DNA of 61,641 bases, the filler included, from Choristocarpus tenellus KU-1152 (Eukaryota; Protista; Phaeophyceae), in NCBI GenBank assembly GCA_964200185.2. It is 11 parts of 11 records of this genome, joined end to end, with 100 filler letters (N's around TTAATTAATTAA, not from the genome) between each part and the next. Parts side by side here need not be neighbours in the genome. Positions count along the whole stretch, not along the records: positions 32,216 to 43,660 come from CAXNAD020002312.1; positions 43,761 to 48,314 come from CAXNAD020014024.1; positions 48,415 to 54,364 come from CAXNAD020009336.1; 8 more parts are not named here. One strand, 5' to 3'. Of the stretch, positions 39,001 through 50,740 are shown one piece after another. Under the pieces are notes generated by a model. It was not told the origin of the DNA, made no database searches, and worked only from the letters and a program-made list of their open reading frames with translations. The translations under genes and the position numbers were made by a program. Each line of letters opens with the position of its first letter. The stretch's first letter is position 1.

Positions 39001-42000
39001 AACAAGTTGATCAGGTGGAAAGCTGCCCAGATCTTGACAAAAATATCCAGGAGTAGGTAGGCCTTTTTCCCAATTGGAGGGGATGAGCCAGTCTCCTTAC
39101 ACATCTGTATTGTAAGGGAACGGATTGAACAGTGTGATACGGTAGTTGTATACTATGCCCTGTTTTTGACTGTTCCATACAGTTTCTCTCACAGTTCGCA
39201 CGATATTTGTGGTATTCCCATGGTTCTCTAAGGTAGCAAATACTTTTGTGTTTTTTCAACAGTAACAGGATGGTTCTTCTGTCATTTCCACGGTATGGTA
39301 CGGTAGCTATTTCCTCTTCTCTTTTGGACACTAACCGTACTATACTGTCGGCATTTCCATGGGACGGTGCGTTAATGATTTACTGTTGTTTTTCTTTTGC
39401 AGCAATAATATGGTGTTTCTGGCAATTCCACGGTATGGTGCGGTAGGTTCTATGTCACTACGAGCAGGGTGGTTTCTACCCTTGATTGGCATGTCTATCT
39501 ACGTTCGGGCGTATCTAGCCAATATGACAAGCCTTATGGCACGAAATTCAAATGTCATTTGCGCCAAGCCCAAATGAGTCGCCTTGATGACAGTTGCGCG
39601 TAATTTAGGTTTTACTTAGAAGGTGTCACAAATTGTTTTATTTTTTCTTCGTCCATAGGCGCCATATTCCATTTGTTTAAGTACTGATGATGACCCACTA
39701 CACTCTTCACAAGGTTGGTTGTGCATAACCTTAATGCATTGTTCAGAAAGATGTTCACTGCACTTGTTCATGAGGGCGAGTACTATCTACACTGCGTTCT
39801 CATCAGTCCATTAGTACTTAGTTCTTCCTTTCTGTTCGCTCTCAATCACTCCGTATTTTATATCGATTCTTCATCCTTTATTACTTTGTTCTACCCCTTA
39901 CTTCTTGTATGTACTTCAGCAAAAGTACAATATCGATTATACCACTATCCCGTGTCAACAGTACAAGCACAAACGACTGTTTGAAACAACTCCGGCTCTT
40001 ATCCGTTCTATTCTTAGAAATTTCAGTTTCTTATCCGTTATGTGCAGAAATATTCTCCACTGTTGTCATTTTGTTATGGAACATTTATGGTGTCCGTATG
40101 TAAATATTTGAGTTCCGTTAAGAGCACTGTCAGTCATTTAGTCAGTGATGGAAAGTGCAAAGCTCAACCATATTGACGCAGTACCAATTTTGTACAGGGT
40201 CAAAGTAGCTGGGGGGGTTAGCAATTGTCCATTTGAGGCTCATTTTTTCATGTCGCGATTTTTTTTGTGAGTTGGTTGCACAGGTCGGATGGATAATATA
40301 AGTTCACTTCTCCAGGTTAGGACCCGAACGGACTCGATGGTGTAGATCCAGCAGGTCCCCCCCGCCCCCCCCCCCGGCCCGCACGCCCCGCACCACCAAA
40401 AAACANNNNNNNNNNTTGGTTGCACCGGTCGGGGTGGTAAAATAAGTTCCCTCCCCCAGGGTTGGCCCCCAACGGGCCCGATGGGTTAAAATCCCCCCCC
40501 CCCCCCTCCCAGATACTTTGACCCACACAAAGTAACAAAAATATGTCTGATTATTTTGATAATAGGGCTGGCCAGGAGAATAAATTATTTTCACAAGGGC
40601 CGTCCAGATAAAATGCTATATACCTTGGCAAGATAAAGCTTACGCATACCAGGTTGCTGCCTGGTCAGGTTATGGTATCTACTAAAGGAGTGTGCGAGGG
40701 CCTTCATAAATGTTAAGAGGCCGGCTTGTGCCCTGACCCCACAGCCTGATCTCCCCTAAGTAACCTGGTTATCTGCTGGGCTTGATGTCAAAGTCCTGGT
40801 AAAAAGGATATTGGGCGTTTCTGTTGATATTTGCAGACATGCACCATTTTGTGTGTGGCAATATATTTAGCTGCCCAAATCTTTGCGGGGCAATGTGGAG
40901 CATTTTAGATTGTACTAAGGAGTACCATTTGCTTTTTTGCACGAGAGTGAGCTACATAATCTCCTTACTTTCCATTTTTGAATCCACAAATATTGTTTTG
41001 TGGGTAATGCCTTTCCCTGCATTAGAAGCATTGTCCAATGGCAGTTAAAATATCCCTCGCTTTACATTTTTGACCGTCATAATACATCTTACTGCTGTAG
41101 TGGGAAAGAAACATGTGTGATACCAGGATCTCATGTCGTGTCCAGATAATGGCCATAAAATGACAATTCAGAGAAACTATCCCATAAATTATTTTTTGGA
41201 ATATTCGCGGTTGTAACCAATGTTTCTGTAGCTCGTTGGGGTCAACTGTGCAACCAAATATTTGCAACTTTTTTTTATCTACGAAGAACGTCTTGACCCG
41301 CCAAAGTTCTTCTAATATATCACGTTAGAAGGTGCAGACAGCACCTGGCCTAACGATTGGTCTCGTAGAGTGAAAGCGCCAAGATTTGAACTTGCTGTCA
41401 TACCATGTACCAGAAATTACAGCCCTGCTGACATGGCGACTCCTTTCAAGAACGACATTGGAGGACTCAACGATGCACCAACAACAGACTTCCACGTGAA
41501 CTCCGGAGAGGGAAAATTTTCTGATACTGATATTCACATGTAGGACGGACTTTGGAGTCTCGACTGTACGTTGCTATGCTGCTGAAATAGCTTTGCACTC
41601 TCTACCCAAACGTGGTGTCCCCACACATATCATTGTGTGTTTGCGCATTTCTAAAACTACCACACACAAGTTGTGCAGAAGATATACTGGGTTGAGTTTG
41701 TGTGATGTGGTGCATTGTGCACTAGATTGCACAAGTGGTGGTCGCACTTAGTAGAACAATGCTAGGAATATGGCATGACTCAGGAAGCAAATAGCTCCGA
41801 TATATTTCATATCTAATTAATCGAATTTGAAGATATTTACTTGTAGAGTGTTTGTACACTACGTCTAAAAAATTGCTTCATGTTCGATTTTTGATCATTC
41901 AGCTTGAAACAGATGATAAGGCCGTTGATCTTGAAAGGATCTTACATAATGTTCCACTCTGCTTTATTTTGTGTTATCCGTTAAATCTTAGTTGGTGATC

Positions 42001-42423
42001 AGATAGTACCATAGTACCAATGTGAGTATTAGATTTAGGAGTTTTGAAACACAAGCTGATACATATCATGCTGATTTGTCCAAGCACATCCAAATACAAA
42101 CTAGAAAGTAGTATCTATTGTGCTTTCTGTCTTCGTAGGAGGTAGAATATAGTGCATTTAGACAAATTAGCTTCGTGAGAGAAAGTAGACACGGATAAAA
42201 ATAACTAAACATTTGTCCCTAGTAGACCTCCCCCACCCTCAATCCACAATCACGCACCTTTTTGTGTGATCGTGCCCATGTCCATGAATTAATAACACCT
42301 TTAACAGTATTGGGCAGGTTACTGCAGCTCACCCGAGTCATGCCCAGCTGCAGCTAATGGAGACAGCACCCCTTATGCTATGACTTTCCTGGGCACCAAC
42401 ATCACCACACCCAGTCTCATACT
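33026..42423 (+). CDS. Dispatched/PTCHD2 (DISP3)-like RND/SSD-family protein, internal exons 33026-33113, 34040-34162, 35165-35287, 36966-37036, 42308-42423
   Basis: Phase-consistent joins give VRVIYELDGPDALFSPEVLGRIKILEESIVANVNYTDFCY..ICLRQSSPIFFFEP..YYPFANPWNIS..ETIVA|YWAGYCSSPESC. The first part parallels the DISP3-type first luminal loop (IF...NIFT.E.L..I...E..I.....F..FC...C..PSS...YFF) as I recall it. No sterol-sensing domain is visible in this piece. Confidence 0.6.
36305..36400 (+). repeat. Dispersed repeat family C (related copies ~36680-36740, ~57305-57400, and reversed at ~60490-60590)
   Basis: Shared core TTTTCATTGG(T/C)TTT(T)CCCCTGACACACCT..ATGTCAGAGGG(C/T)ATAATAA. Confidence 0.7.
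36416..36673 (-). mobile_element. MITE family A copy (intronic)
   Basis: Degenerate left end AAGCTAGAGTATCTAAGGGGGTA, right end TACCCTCTAAGATACTTTGGCTC; the flanks share only TGT. Confidence 0.88.
38150..38850 (+). repeat. Diverged direct duplication (~38153-38370 and ~38644-38848)
   Basis: Both copies run GATGTCGAACACCCTGC(C/T)AAACAAACTGCGATC ... CAGAAAGAC(C/T)ATGATATGATCTTGT..AGTGTATTTGTTCAAGTTA. Confidence 0.85.
40197..40524 (+). mobile_element. MITE family B copy (contains a 10-N gap with a doubled right half)
   Basis: TIR GGGTCAAAGTAGCT ... AGATACTTTGACCC; ACA on both flanks. Confidence 0.8.
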
Positions 42424-42992
42424 GTGAGTATATCCTTCATATTTAAATATCACACGAGAACACTGTGATCTTGCTTATTTTTTTTGAGCTGCAGCAATGA
42501 CTGCTTACTTTGTACTGAGTATTTTTGTTATTGTGCGGGAAGGTATTCTTGGCTAAGATATCAAATGTATCTGTCCTCCTCCTAACCTTCATGTTTATGT
42601 GTTTATGGCTTGTGTGATGAGTCCACTAGCATTTCCACTCATCCAGACCTATTAAGTTCTTCTGTACGTGAAAACCAACAATCAACATGGACTTTTGAAC
42701 ATCTTGCTTGGCATTCATCTACATATTCCGTAAACCACACACTCATTACTATGTCCTACGTGACATTGCAGTATTTTCTTTCGATTTTTTTAAAGTACAT
42801 ATTGTTTTGAATCTACTTTTGAAAAATACGTTTCTTCTCACTTTTAAATGACATGTAAAGAAGTATTTTTGGGCAACGATGAGCTATGTTTCCCTGTGTT
42901 ATGTTTGTATAACATGACACTATTGAAACAGTACTGATATAATAGTGGGTAAATCTTAAGTGTTGAAGAATACTGCAAAATAGCAAGATTAG

Positions 42993-43238
42993 GGTCTAAG
43001 ATGATAGAGCCGTGTCGGTTCGGGGTCAAAAATCCAATATTGCAATTTTCATGTAATTTTGACTGTCCAGTTTATTAGGACATGTCAATATCCTTCTTCC
43101 GGACACACCTTTTCGAAATGTACGTATTTTATCTACACCAAAACATTTCGGGGTCGGAGAATGTAAAAAAACTGTGGGAAGCCAAGCTAAATGAAAACAA
43201 ATAGGGCACAACTCTTACCCTCTACGATACGTTCACTC
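42993..43238 (+). mobile_element. MITE family A copy with a damaged left end
   Basis: Family A interior, right end TACCCTCTACGATACGTTCACTC; TTAG on both flanks. Confidence 0.8.
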
Positions 43239-43574
43239 TTAGTCGATGCTTTTATTTTGTCTGACAATAGAAAAGGAGGTGGGTTTTATGTGTGAAACAC
43301 GGTAGGCAAATAAACCCTTGTGCTTGAAAATAGAGCTGATGATATTCTTATGTACTACAAAGCTCTCTGTTTTCTCTTGTTTTTGTAATTACCTCTTATC
43401 ACCATACACATCAGTCCACTATCTATATATGCTACATGGGAGGTTGGGTCTGCTGGCAAATTCCTTTCTTGTATACTCGCATTAAGATACTGCTGCTACT
43501 GTACCCTGCTCGCTTTAGATCCTAATCATTGATAGTAGAAAATCTAGATCCACTTATGGTTATATGAGAAAGAG

Positions 43575-43779
43575 GGCTTGACGTATCAGGGGGGGGTGGC
43601 AGCTGTCCATTTGGGGCCAATTTTTTCATGTCGTGATTTTTGGGTGATTTGGTTCCATACNNNNNNNNNNNNNNNNNNNNNNNNNNNNNNNNNNNNNNNN
43701 NNNNTTAATTAATTAANNNNNNNNNNNNNNNNNNNNNNNNNNNNNNNNNNNNNNNNNNNNGGGGGTGGTGGGGGGGGGG

Positions 43780-43818
<39 letters not shown>

Positions 43819-43975
43819 GGCGCCTGTCCATTTGGGGCCCATTTTTCCTTGTCGCGATTTTTTGGTGATTTAGTTGCCTGTGTGTTGGATGGATAATGTA
43901 AGGGTACATTTCCTGGTCAGGACCCAAATGGACACCCTGTTGTAGACCCCCCCCCCCACCCAGATACTTTGAGCC
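43575..43975 (+). mobile_element. MITE family B parts on both sides of a spacer (43575-43660 and 43761-43975), probably two different copies
   Basis: Left piece starts GGCTTGACGTATCAGGGGGGG; right piece ends CCCAGATACTTTGAGCC; the same interior segment occurs on both sides of the spacer. Confidence 0.8.
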
Positions 43976-44069
43976 ACATCTGGATTAAGAGGGTGAAGAC
44001 ACACAGCTCTGTCGTTAACACTGATACAATCAGACCGAATGGTCTAGCCAACTTCGCAAGCATTGTCAT

Positions 44070-44365
44070 TATCCTGCCAAACCTTCTTGACCGGACCAGA
44101 GGTGAAATCCTTAACTTCCACGCTTACCACTGCAGTGAAGAAAATGTTGATGAGGATTGGAACAAGAAATATCCCAAGCACACTGTCCAATCTCGAACTA
44201 ACCTGTGCACTCACCATCCACGTGAACACACCTCATTACACCATCATGGGATTGGAGAATGACCGAGATAATCTTCGGAGGTACGCCAAATTCGACCAGC
44301 ATAGCCCATGGAAGATTATAATGAACAAAGTGATAAACTTTATACAGATTGATCGTACACATAAT
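44070..44365 (-). mobile_element. RTE-clade LINE reverse transcriptase fragment
   Basis: Reads LPWAMLVEFGVPPKIISVILQSHDGVMRCVHVDGEC..FEI and, after a frameshift, LVPILINIFFTAVV. This matches the RTE RT pattern LW..L.RFGVP.KMI.VIRQFHDGM.A.V..DG ... LAPLLFNIFF.AV. Confidence 0.75.
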
Positions 44366-44567
44366 CAAATTTCGTTTTCCTACTCAACTTTTCCATAATT
44401 TCCAAACACATGCGACCGTCCATCCGACCACAAATATTTGTGTAACATTCAACACTTACACATCAAACACAATTTTGGTGGGTCAACTTCTTGGTTTTGG
44501 TTCGTCCATATTTGGAGATTTAGATCCTTGTTGTGGTCTGAACAAGTGGTAGAGCTTGTCAATTACT

Positions 44568-45579
44568 ATGAAGAGGGGGTGGGCAGGTACTGCCGTCGTT
44601 ATGATCTGCCTTCTTGCGCGAACGTTCAGCTTCGTTGCCATGGGGTCTCCTTCAAGGATAATGACATCCTTGAGTACATACTCCACGACCACAGACAAAG
44701 GCAGGCCTATGTATCTTGGTGCTTTCGACTTCTATAGCGCATGGAACAGGGGAGACATTGATGCAGCGATGAATAACTTCGCGGACGATGTGATCTTCCA
44801 TGACTTAAATAATAAGGTGATTGTTCGTCAATAGGTGTTCACCTCGCACGATGTCCGTGCGATTCGGATCTCACATGGCAAAAACAAGTGACTGGTTGAT
44901 TTTCTTGTATCACATGAGATACCGTTCGTCGCCTTGACCATTCCTGCACGGGCAGGACCCACTCGTCGGCCGTCAACAGCTGAAACTCTACCTGGAGGAA
45001 TGCGCGGACGCACTGTGAGCCTTTTGGAACCCCCCTCTTTGTACCGAGGTGTTTGGAATGCTACATCATAGTGTTGTTTCTCACATCTCGGAAATATCTT
45101 CTTGCGGTCCACGAGTTTTGATGAGTTTGCCTTGACCCCTCAAAGGGTAGATCTCCACTCCATGACGTTGCCTTCATCTCGTCATCAAACTAGAACTACT
45201 ATACTCGCCCCTATTTCAGAAAGGCTCGAACCAAATGTGTACAATGTGACCGCGGTACTTTCCTCAGGTTCGGCGCGTATTTATAATGTCTTCCTTCTCC
45301 AATATCGTTTTGTCGCCTTCCAACTACAGGCCAGGATGGAAGTTCATAATAGATGAGCATGCCTGGGATGAGCAGCAACGCAAGCTGGCACTATACTGGC
45401 ATGTAGCAAATTCTGAGGGCGATCCTATTCCGTTCCCCGCCAGAGGTTTGAGTTTCCTTTCCTTCAATGAAGCTGGTCTTATTAAGACAAATGTGGATAT
45501 CCCAGAACCGGCAGTAAAGGCAGGGTCTCTACAGCTTCCACTACTAAAGTTCGTTTCGAAGGTCTTCGGCTTCAAGTGA
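44568..45579 (+). CDS. SnoaL-like/NTF2-fold protein, probably plastid-targeted; exons 44568-44816, 44956-45014, 45330-45579
   Basis: Phase 0 and 2 junctions give FYSAWNRGDIDAAMNNFADDVIFHDLNNK|DPLVGRQQLKLYLEECADAL|PGWKFIIDE..LALYWHV..PFPARGLSF..GLIKTNVDIPEP. The N-terminus is hydrophobic and ends TFS-FV. Confidence 0.88.
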
Positions 45580-47576
45580 CTGTTCCGCCAGGACGATTTC
45601 AAAGGTGTATTGGCACCTGCATGCATGAGAATCGACCCCAGTGGAACTTAGCTGAGCTGGACTGAGCTCAGCATCACGGTCACCATGTGCAGGCAAGGTT
45701 GTACTTATCGTTACAAACGTTTACTCGATTGTGCACTGGAAAAATATTGGTATTCACCCCCAATGTCATTGAGCCTGTTGCATTTTGACTTACTGAAGTA
45801 GACTTTAATTAGGTATTCAACCAGTCCTGAAGGTGTAGGCTCAAATTGTGACTGGGAAGTTTCATGTGCACAGAAGGTACGCTGCTTTTCAGGCAAGGCA
45901 ATCCACGAATGGTTACTTGGACTATCAGCAAAAGGTCACATCCCATACCAGCAGGAATATCTTCATCTATGACTGGAATACACTTCCTTGAAGTTTCTAT
46001 TTCGACTGAACTAGGCAGACGCACATTAGACAAGGTTTATGCCTTGAGAGTGTTGCATTTGCAGATACGTAAGGTAGAAAATGTAGAATCATGATATCAT
46101 CTGCTGCACCATTTAGGCGTATCCCTGCTCAAAGCTTAATGTAATAAATCAGTTTTCTTTGGAATAAAAAAGTGAGATATGGCTACTTTTCAGAATACGA
46201 TAACCAATTGCTCAAAAAGATAATCTATGCGCTAATCTTCCTTTGGTAGGACCCTCGCTCTATCACCTCTGCTGCAACCTGCCTCTTTGTGATCTTATCC
46301 ATGGTTTTAGGACTTAGGGTTGATCTTTACCCAAGAGACAGTTTGCTTTGAGAAAGGGGGGCTATACGGCATTTCTCTATAATTTGCTCAGAGCAGGGCT
46401 TCAATCGATGTATCAGTAGGTAATTAAAATGTGTGCATGTTGCCTTCTGCTTCCCCTCTTTTATATGTATATATGTATGTTACTAATCTATGTTCAAGCC
46501 CTGAAAATGCGAGGAGGAAGTTCGCAAGAAAATAATGTTGACACCTTCCCGAGTTGTTGGAAAACCTGTGGGCAATGGTGCAGAAGGCACATGGTATATG
46601 GAACGCAATAACCAGAGAGCACAAGAGGTAGTCATGCTTACTGTTGATATTTCTTGGACAGATTCCCAGGAAGGGCAAATAACTTACAATCAAACAGGCA
46701 GTGGGTGCACCCTTTTGCTAGCACATGGAAGAAGTTGAGGCAAAGGTAGAGACTCAACTCACAAGACTTCTCTTTGCTTGCTATCGCTGCAATGTAGATC
46801 CTCGCTTTGTTTAAGTTCACCCCATACTCTGCATGACCCAGTATGAGCATGGAGACTCTAGTTGTCCTTCCAGGGTGAAGCCTAGTGCTAAAATTATTCT
46901 ACCAGAAAAGAACCACGTCCAGCAATGGAAAGGATGTCACAATGAGACCTCACAACTCCCTACTCACAGCTTCCACTATTTCGTACAAGGGAACCAACAG
47001 CCAATAAACTTGTGAACATTGTTCAGTATGAGGGGTTACTAAGCTCCAGAATACCCCGTGTGAATCATTTGTTGGCTCCCCCACTAAGGTTACCTTAAAT
47101 GGCTTTCATCCCTGCAGTGGTCAAGTGGGCTCTTTTTTACAGATATTGGCAATGTCTGGACATCTTGCTTATGTTGCTGTCTGGAATTTTGACGACAAGG
47201 TCAGGGCTACTCGTAGTTTTCATGGTACTCCTTGTTGGGTCTCCTTACTGCTGCTAGTGGGGTTATGTGGTTGAAATATGCATTGGGAGTTATGTTGTGT
47301 TCACAATTAAGAGGCTAAATCAGTATCAATGATGATGACAGTGCTGGCTTTGCCTGACCTTGAATTTTAATGGTGAAATCGGTCCCCTTTTTGCCTGGTA
47401 CCCATTTTGCGTTCCTGTTGGTCTTGTTGGTCCCATCAATGGGTTATTTACCCCCACCAACAATGGCAGAAATACTGATAAAAGAAAAGAATGGTTGATA
47501 AGTCGATGGGCAAGTCAAGAAGAATTTACACGAGGAAGCAATGCTGGGGCAGGTGGAGGAGTCTGTTTTCGCCAAT

Positions 47577-47754
47577 GGCTCAAAGTATCTGGAGGGGGGA
47601 GGGGGTCTGCAACAGGGTGTCCATTCGGGCCCTGACCAGGAGAAGAGCACTTGCATTATCCATCTGATGCATGAAACCAAAGAACCTGAAAATCGTGACA
47701 TGGGAAAATGGTTCCAATGGACAGTCGCCACCCCCCCCTCAGGTACTTATAGCT
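47577..47754 (-). mobile_element. MITE family B, degenerate full-length copy
   Basis: GGCTCAAAGTATCTGGAGGGGG ... CCCCCCCTCAGGTACTTATAGCT, with the reverse-complement family B interior. Confidence 0.8.
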
Positions 47755-49194
47755 GACTTTCATATGTGCCTGTCCTCTTTCATAAGGAAAAGGTAGGAAA
47801 TATGAGTAGTTTTTTCATGCGAACTTGATTATATGTGAGAAACGGGTGTTGATAGCTCCTACTTGTCCTGAGGCAGGGAACGAACGCACTGCACCTAAGT
47901 TGAGATAACAGCAAGTATCAACTGCATGCTTTGGCCTTGATCAGCCATGAGATCAAGTATAGCATGCTTTTCTTTTTGGTGTCTTCATTAGAGCGAGACT
48001 AATAGTCTGGTCCTCAAACCATATTATTTTTCCATTTGCAAGATTGATCTGGTGGGTGGGTGGATGGATGGATGGATGGATGGAACAACATTTTTCTCGG
48101 TGAGAAAAGCGAAAATGACATCAATGGAAGTCACAAACACATCACTGTTCATTGATGAGGGTATGCGGGGAAAAAGAGACCCAGCGGTAGCAGCATTAAT
48201 CCCTAAACCACGCTCCACATCCTGATTGGTTCACTTCAAACTTCCTGGTGGTGTCTACTGGTGACAGCTTGCCCTTTCCTTGGAACCCCACATGCGACCC
48301 AACGTATCTCGGGGNNNNNNNNNNNNNNNNNNNNNNNNNNNNNNNNNNNNNNNNNNNNTTAATTAATTAANNNNNNNNNNNNNNNNNNNNNNNNNNNNNN
48401 NNNNNNNNNNNNNNTTATTTTTTTTATAATATAAGAGTAAAGATAAGAGAGTGGGGGGGGGGGGGGGGTGGGGGGGGGATGTGAGAAAAATCACTCGTCA
48501 TTGCAATGTGTTTGTTTTTTTTCAGGCTGAGGTGGTGATTTTGTGAAATTTTTGTCAACCTTTCTTGTCTGTTTGATGTCCAGAATGCTTTGAGGATTTC
48601 GTTTCAAGCAATATATATATATATATATATATATGTATTTATTTGTATTTAAATTCGTATTTATATTTATATATACTTTTTGGGGGGGGTTAGGGTTAAA
48701 ATTGGAATTGGATCTGAAGTTCCTGATCTGTTTGTAAGATTCAAGCTCTTATTATCCTCTACGAATGTGTTTTTGTTCTGTTCAACATCTCTTATTTCTT
48801 ATTTCTTACCCTTACATGTATTCATATATGTACGTACATATGTATGTTTTCTATGTGTATGTTTCCTTAGGTGTGTACTTCCCTTGTTCAGATCAGGTCA
48901 AACAGTTTGCAGGGTGGATGAATTACCACATCAGGAAGGCATTTCTTGCATCTTTTGTAGTGGGTGGCGTAGAAAAGAGAGATTTGCATCAGAATTCTCT
49001 GACATGTAGTTAGTAGGTAATGTGTATGTATATATGTATTTATATATGTATTATGTATGTATATATGTATGTGCTTGAATATCCAAGTTATTGGTGTGTA
49101 CATATCAATGCAATCTACGTACCAGTACGTTCTCACAGCAGCAGTGTTTATTATTATTGTTATTATTATTATTATTATTATTAATTGTATTCGT

Positions 49195-49500
49195 GTCAGG
49201 TATCCCAGTTACGTGGTTGAGAAGGTAGTACAAAGAAGGGAATGCACACTTAATGACAAAAGGTAGCAATGATCGTAAAGAAAAGAAAAGAAGTGAATTG
49301 AAAAAGAAGAACAGAATCTGCTGGGCGGGAAAAACAGAATCCTCCGAAATACTTCAGAGAAGCAGAAAAAAAAGAACAAAAGGATGGAAGAGAAACCAAC
49401 CCGAGATAAAAGCAAGCATTCAGCAGACAGTGATAGTGGTGTCGGTGATGGCTCTGGGCTTAGTCTTAGCCGGTGCTGTGGTGCTACGAACATTCACTCG
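49195..49500 (+). pseudogene. Decayed K/E-rich exon-like repeat (paralogue reversed at ~56885-57210)
   Basis: Both copies follow an (ATT)n tract and a TCAG acceptor, read ..V(V/T)EKV(V/A)QR.., and share GCAGACAGTGAT(A/G)GTGGTG; both carry stops. Confidence 0.5.
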
Positions 49501-49640
49501 TGAAGCTTTTTTTGGTGCCATGAGACGCACTCTTTCGTACCACTCCTAGTATGCATGAATGTGAAAGGAAGTGTATCATGTGTGAGGTTAGATTTTAGTA
49601 CTGTCAATGATGAGTATTGTCCTGTTGTGCTGAAATATCG

Positions 49641-49668
49641 ACCCCTAACCCTAACCCTAACCCTAACC
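49641..49668 (-). repeat. Interstitial telomere-type repeat (CCCTAA)4
   Basis: ACCCCTAACCCTAACCCTAACCCTAACCC. Confidence 0.85.
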
Positions 49669-50437
49669 CCCCCCCTTCGGTGTCCTTTGGTTATGATAGT
49701 CTCTGATGTGTTGGGAAAGTGACTGGCTCTTTCTCATGTATACTAAAGCCATAAGCATATCCCTCGACCTTTTTTTTTTGCCCTAACCTTCCGTAACCTT
49801 TATACCCCTAACCTTAGTGCAATCTTGGTGCAATATGTGGTGTAAATGTTTTTTTAGCGGTCCTGATCGTATACCGGTGTGTGTGTGTGTTTTTTTTTTT
49901 CTGACTGTTTCGCTGCTGTTTATTGTTGTTTTTTTTCTGAGGCGATCGTGCGGAGTTCGTCTTCACTTGTGTCTGTTTCCATCATGAAGGACAGGTCTTT
50001 AAGAGGTTATCATATTTATTGTAACTGTGTTTTATTGTGGTCATACACGATTTTAGTGGGATAATAATAGTAGTATTCGTAGTAATGATAATAACAATAA
50101 ATGCTTTTGATAGTATTAATACAAAATGTGTATTTGTGTGTGTGTGTACTTGATTATCTCTCCTCTTCTTAGATTATTTATTGTTTTTTTTAATGTATTT
50201 TGTTGATGCTAGTACACATACACTCTTATGTTCATACCGCTATTGTGTGTGTGTGTGTACGTGTCTTTCTCTCAGGTTTATATGCATTTTTTTTTGTTTA
50301 GTTCATTTTAGACATCTTTTATTTTTAAGTGTACATATGTTAAGTATTTTGTTTGTTTACTGAACCTCTCTCTTTCTCTATCTATCTCTATCTCTGTTGT
50401 TGTTGTTGGTATGGTGTGTGTCTTGTTTTTGTCAACA

Positions 50438-50740
50438 GGGGGATAATACAGAGGGGGATAACACAGAAGGAGATTACACTGAGGGGGATGGAGATGTAGA
50501 GGTGAGATACATTAATACTTTTATTATTATTATTGTTATTATTATTTATTTATTATCACACGAGTCTGGGAAGACACTAGGGAGGCTACACAGAGGGGGA
50601 TGGAGATGTAGAGGTGAAATACTTTAATACTTTTATTATTATTGTTACTATTATTATTATTTTATTATCACATTAGTCACACTGAGGAGGGTAGAGATAT
50701 AGATGTGAGATACATTATTATCATTATTTTTTTATTTTTT
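50438..50740 (+). repeat. Nested tandem repeat: 15-bp units (GDNTE) plus three ~100-bp units
   Basis: GGGGATAA(T/C)ACAGA-like unit x3, then ACA/CTGAGG..GAGAT(G/A)TAGA(G/T)GTGA(G/A)ATAC..(ATT)n repeated at ~50478, ~50589 and ~50679. Confidence 0.8.

Noticed and set aside
43761-43816. Long poly-G tract as a G-quadruplex or poly-Pro ORF
   Set aside because: It sits at a contig edge within a family B MITE; the length is probably a sequencing artefact.
44044-44229. Short hydrophobic ORF as a secreted or membrane protein
   Set aside because: It is a frameshifted part of an RTE reverse transcriptase (NIFFTAV motif).
45700-48314. Possible further gene between the SnoaL gene and the spacer
   Set aside because: Several AG/GT-bounded candidates exist, but none joined into a stop-free, recognisable product.
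50438-50740. Repeat-spacer pattern as a CRISPR array
   Set aside because: Eukaryotic context, degenerate units, microsatellite spacers and no cas genes.
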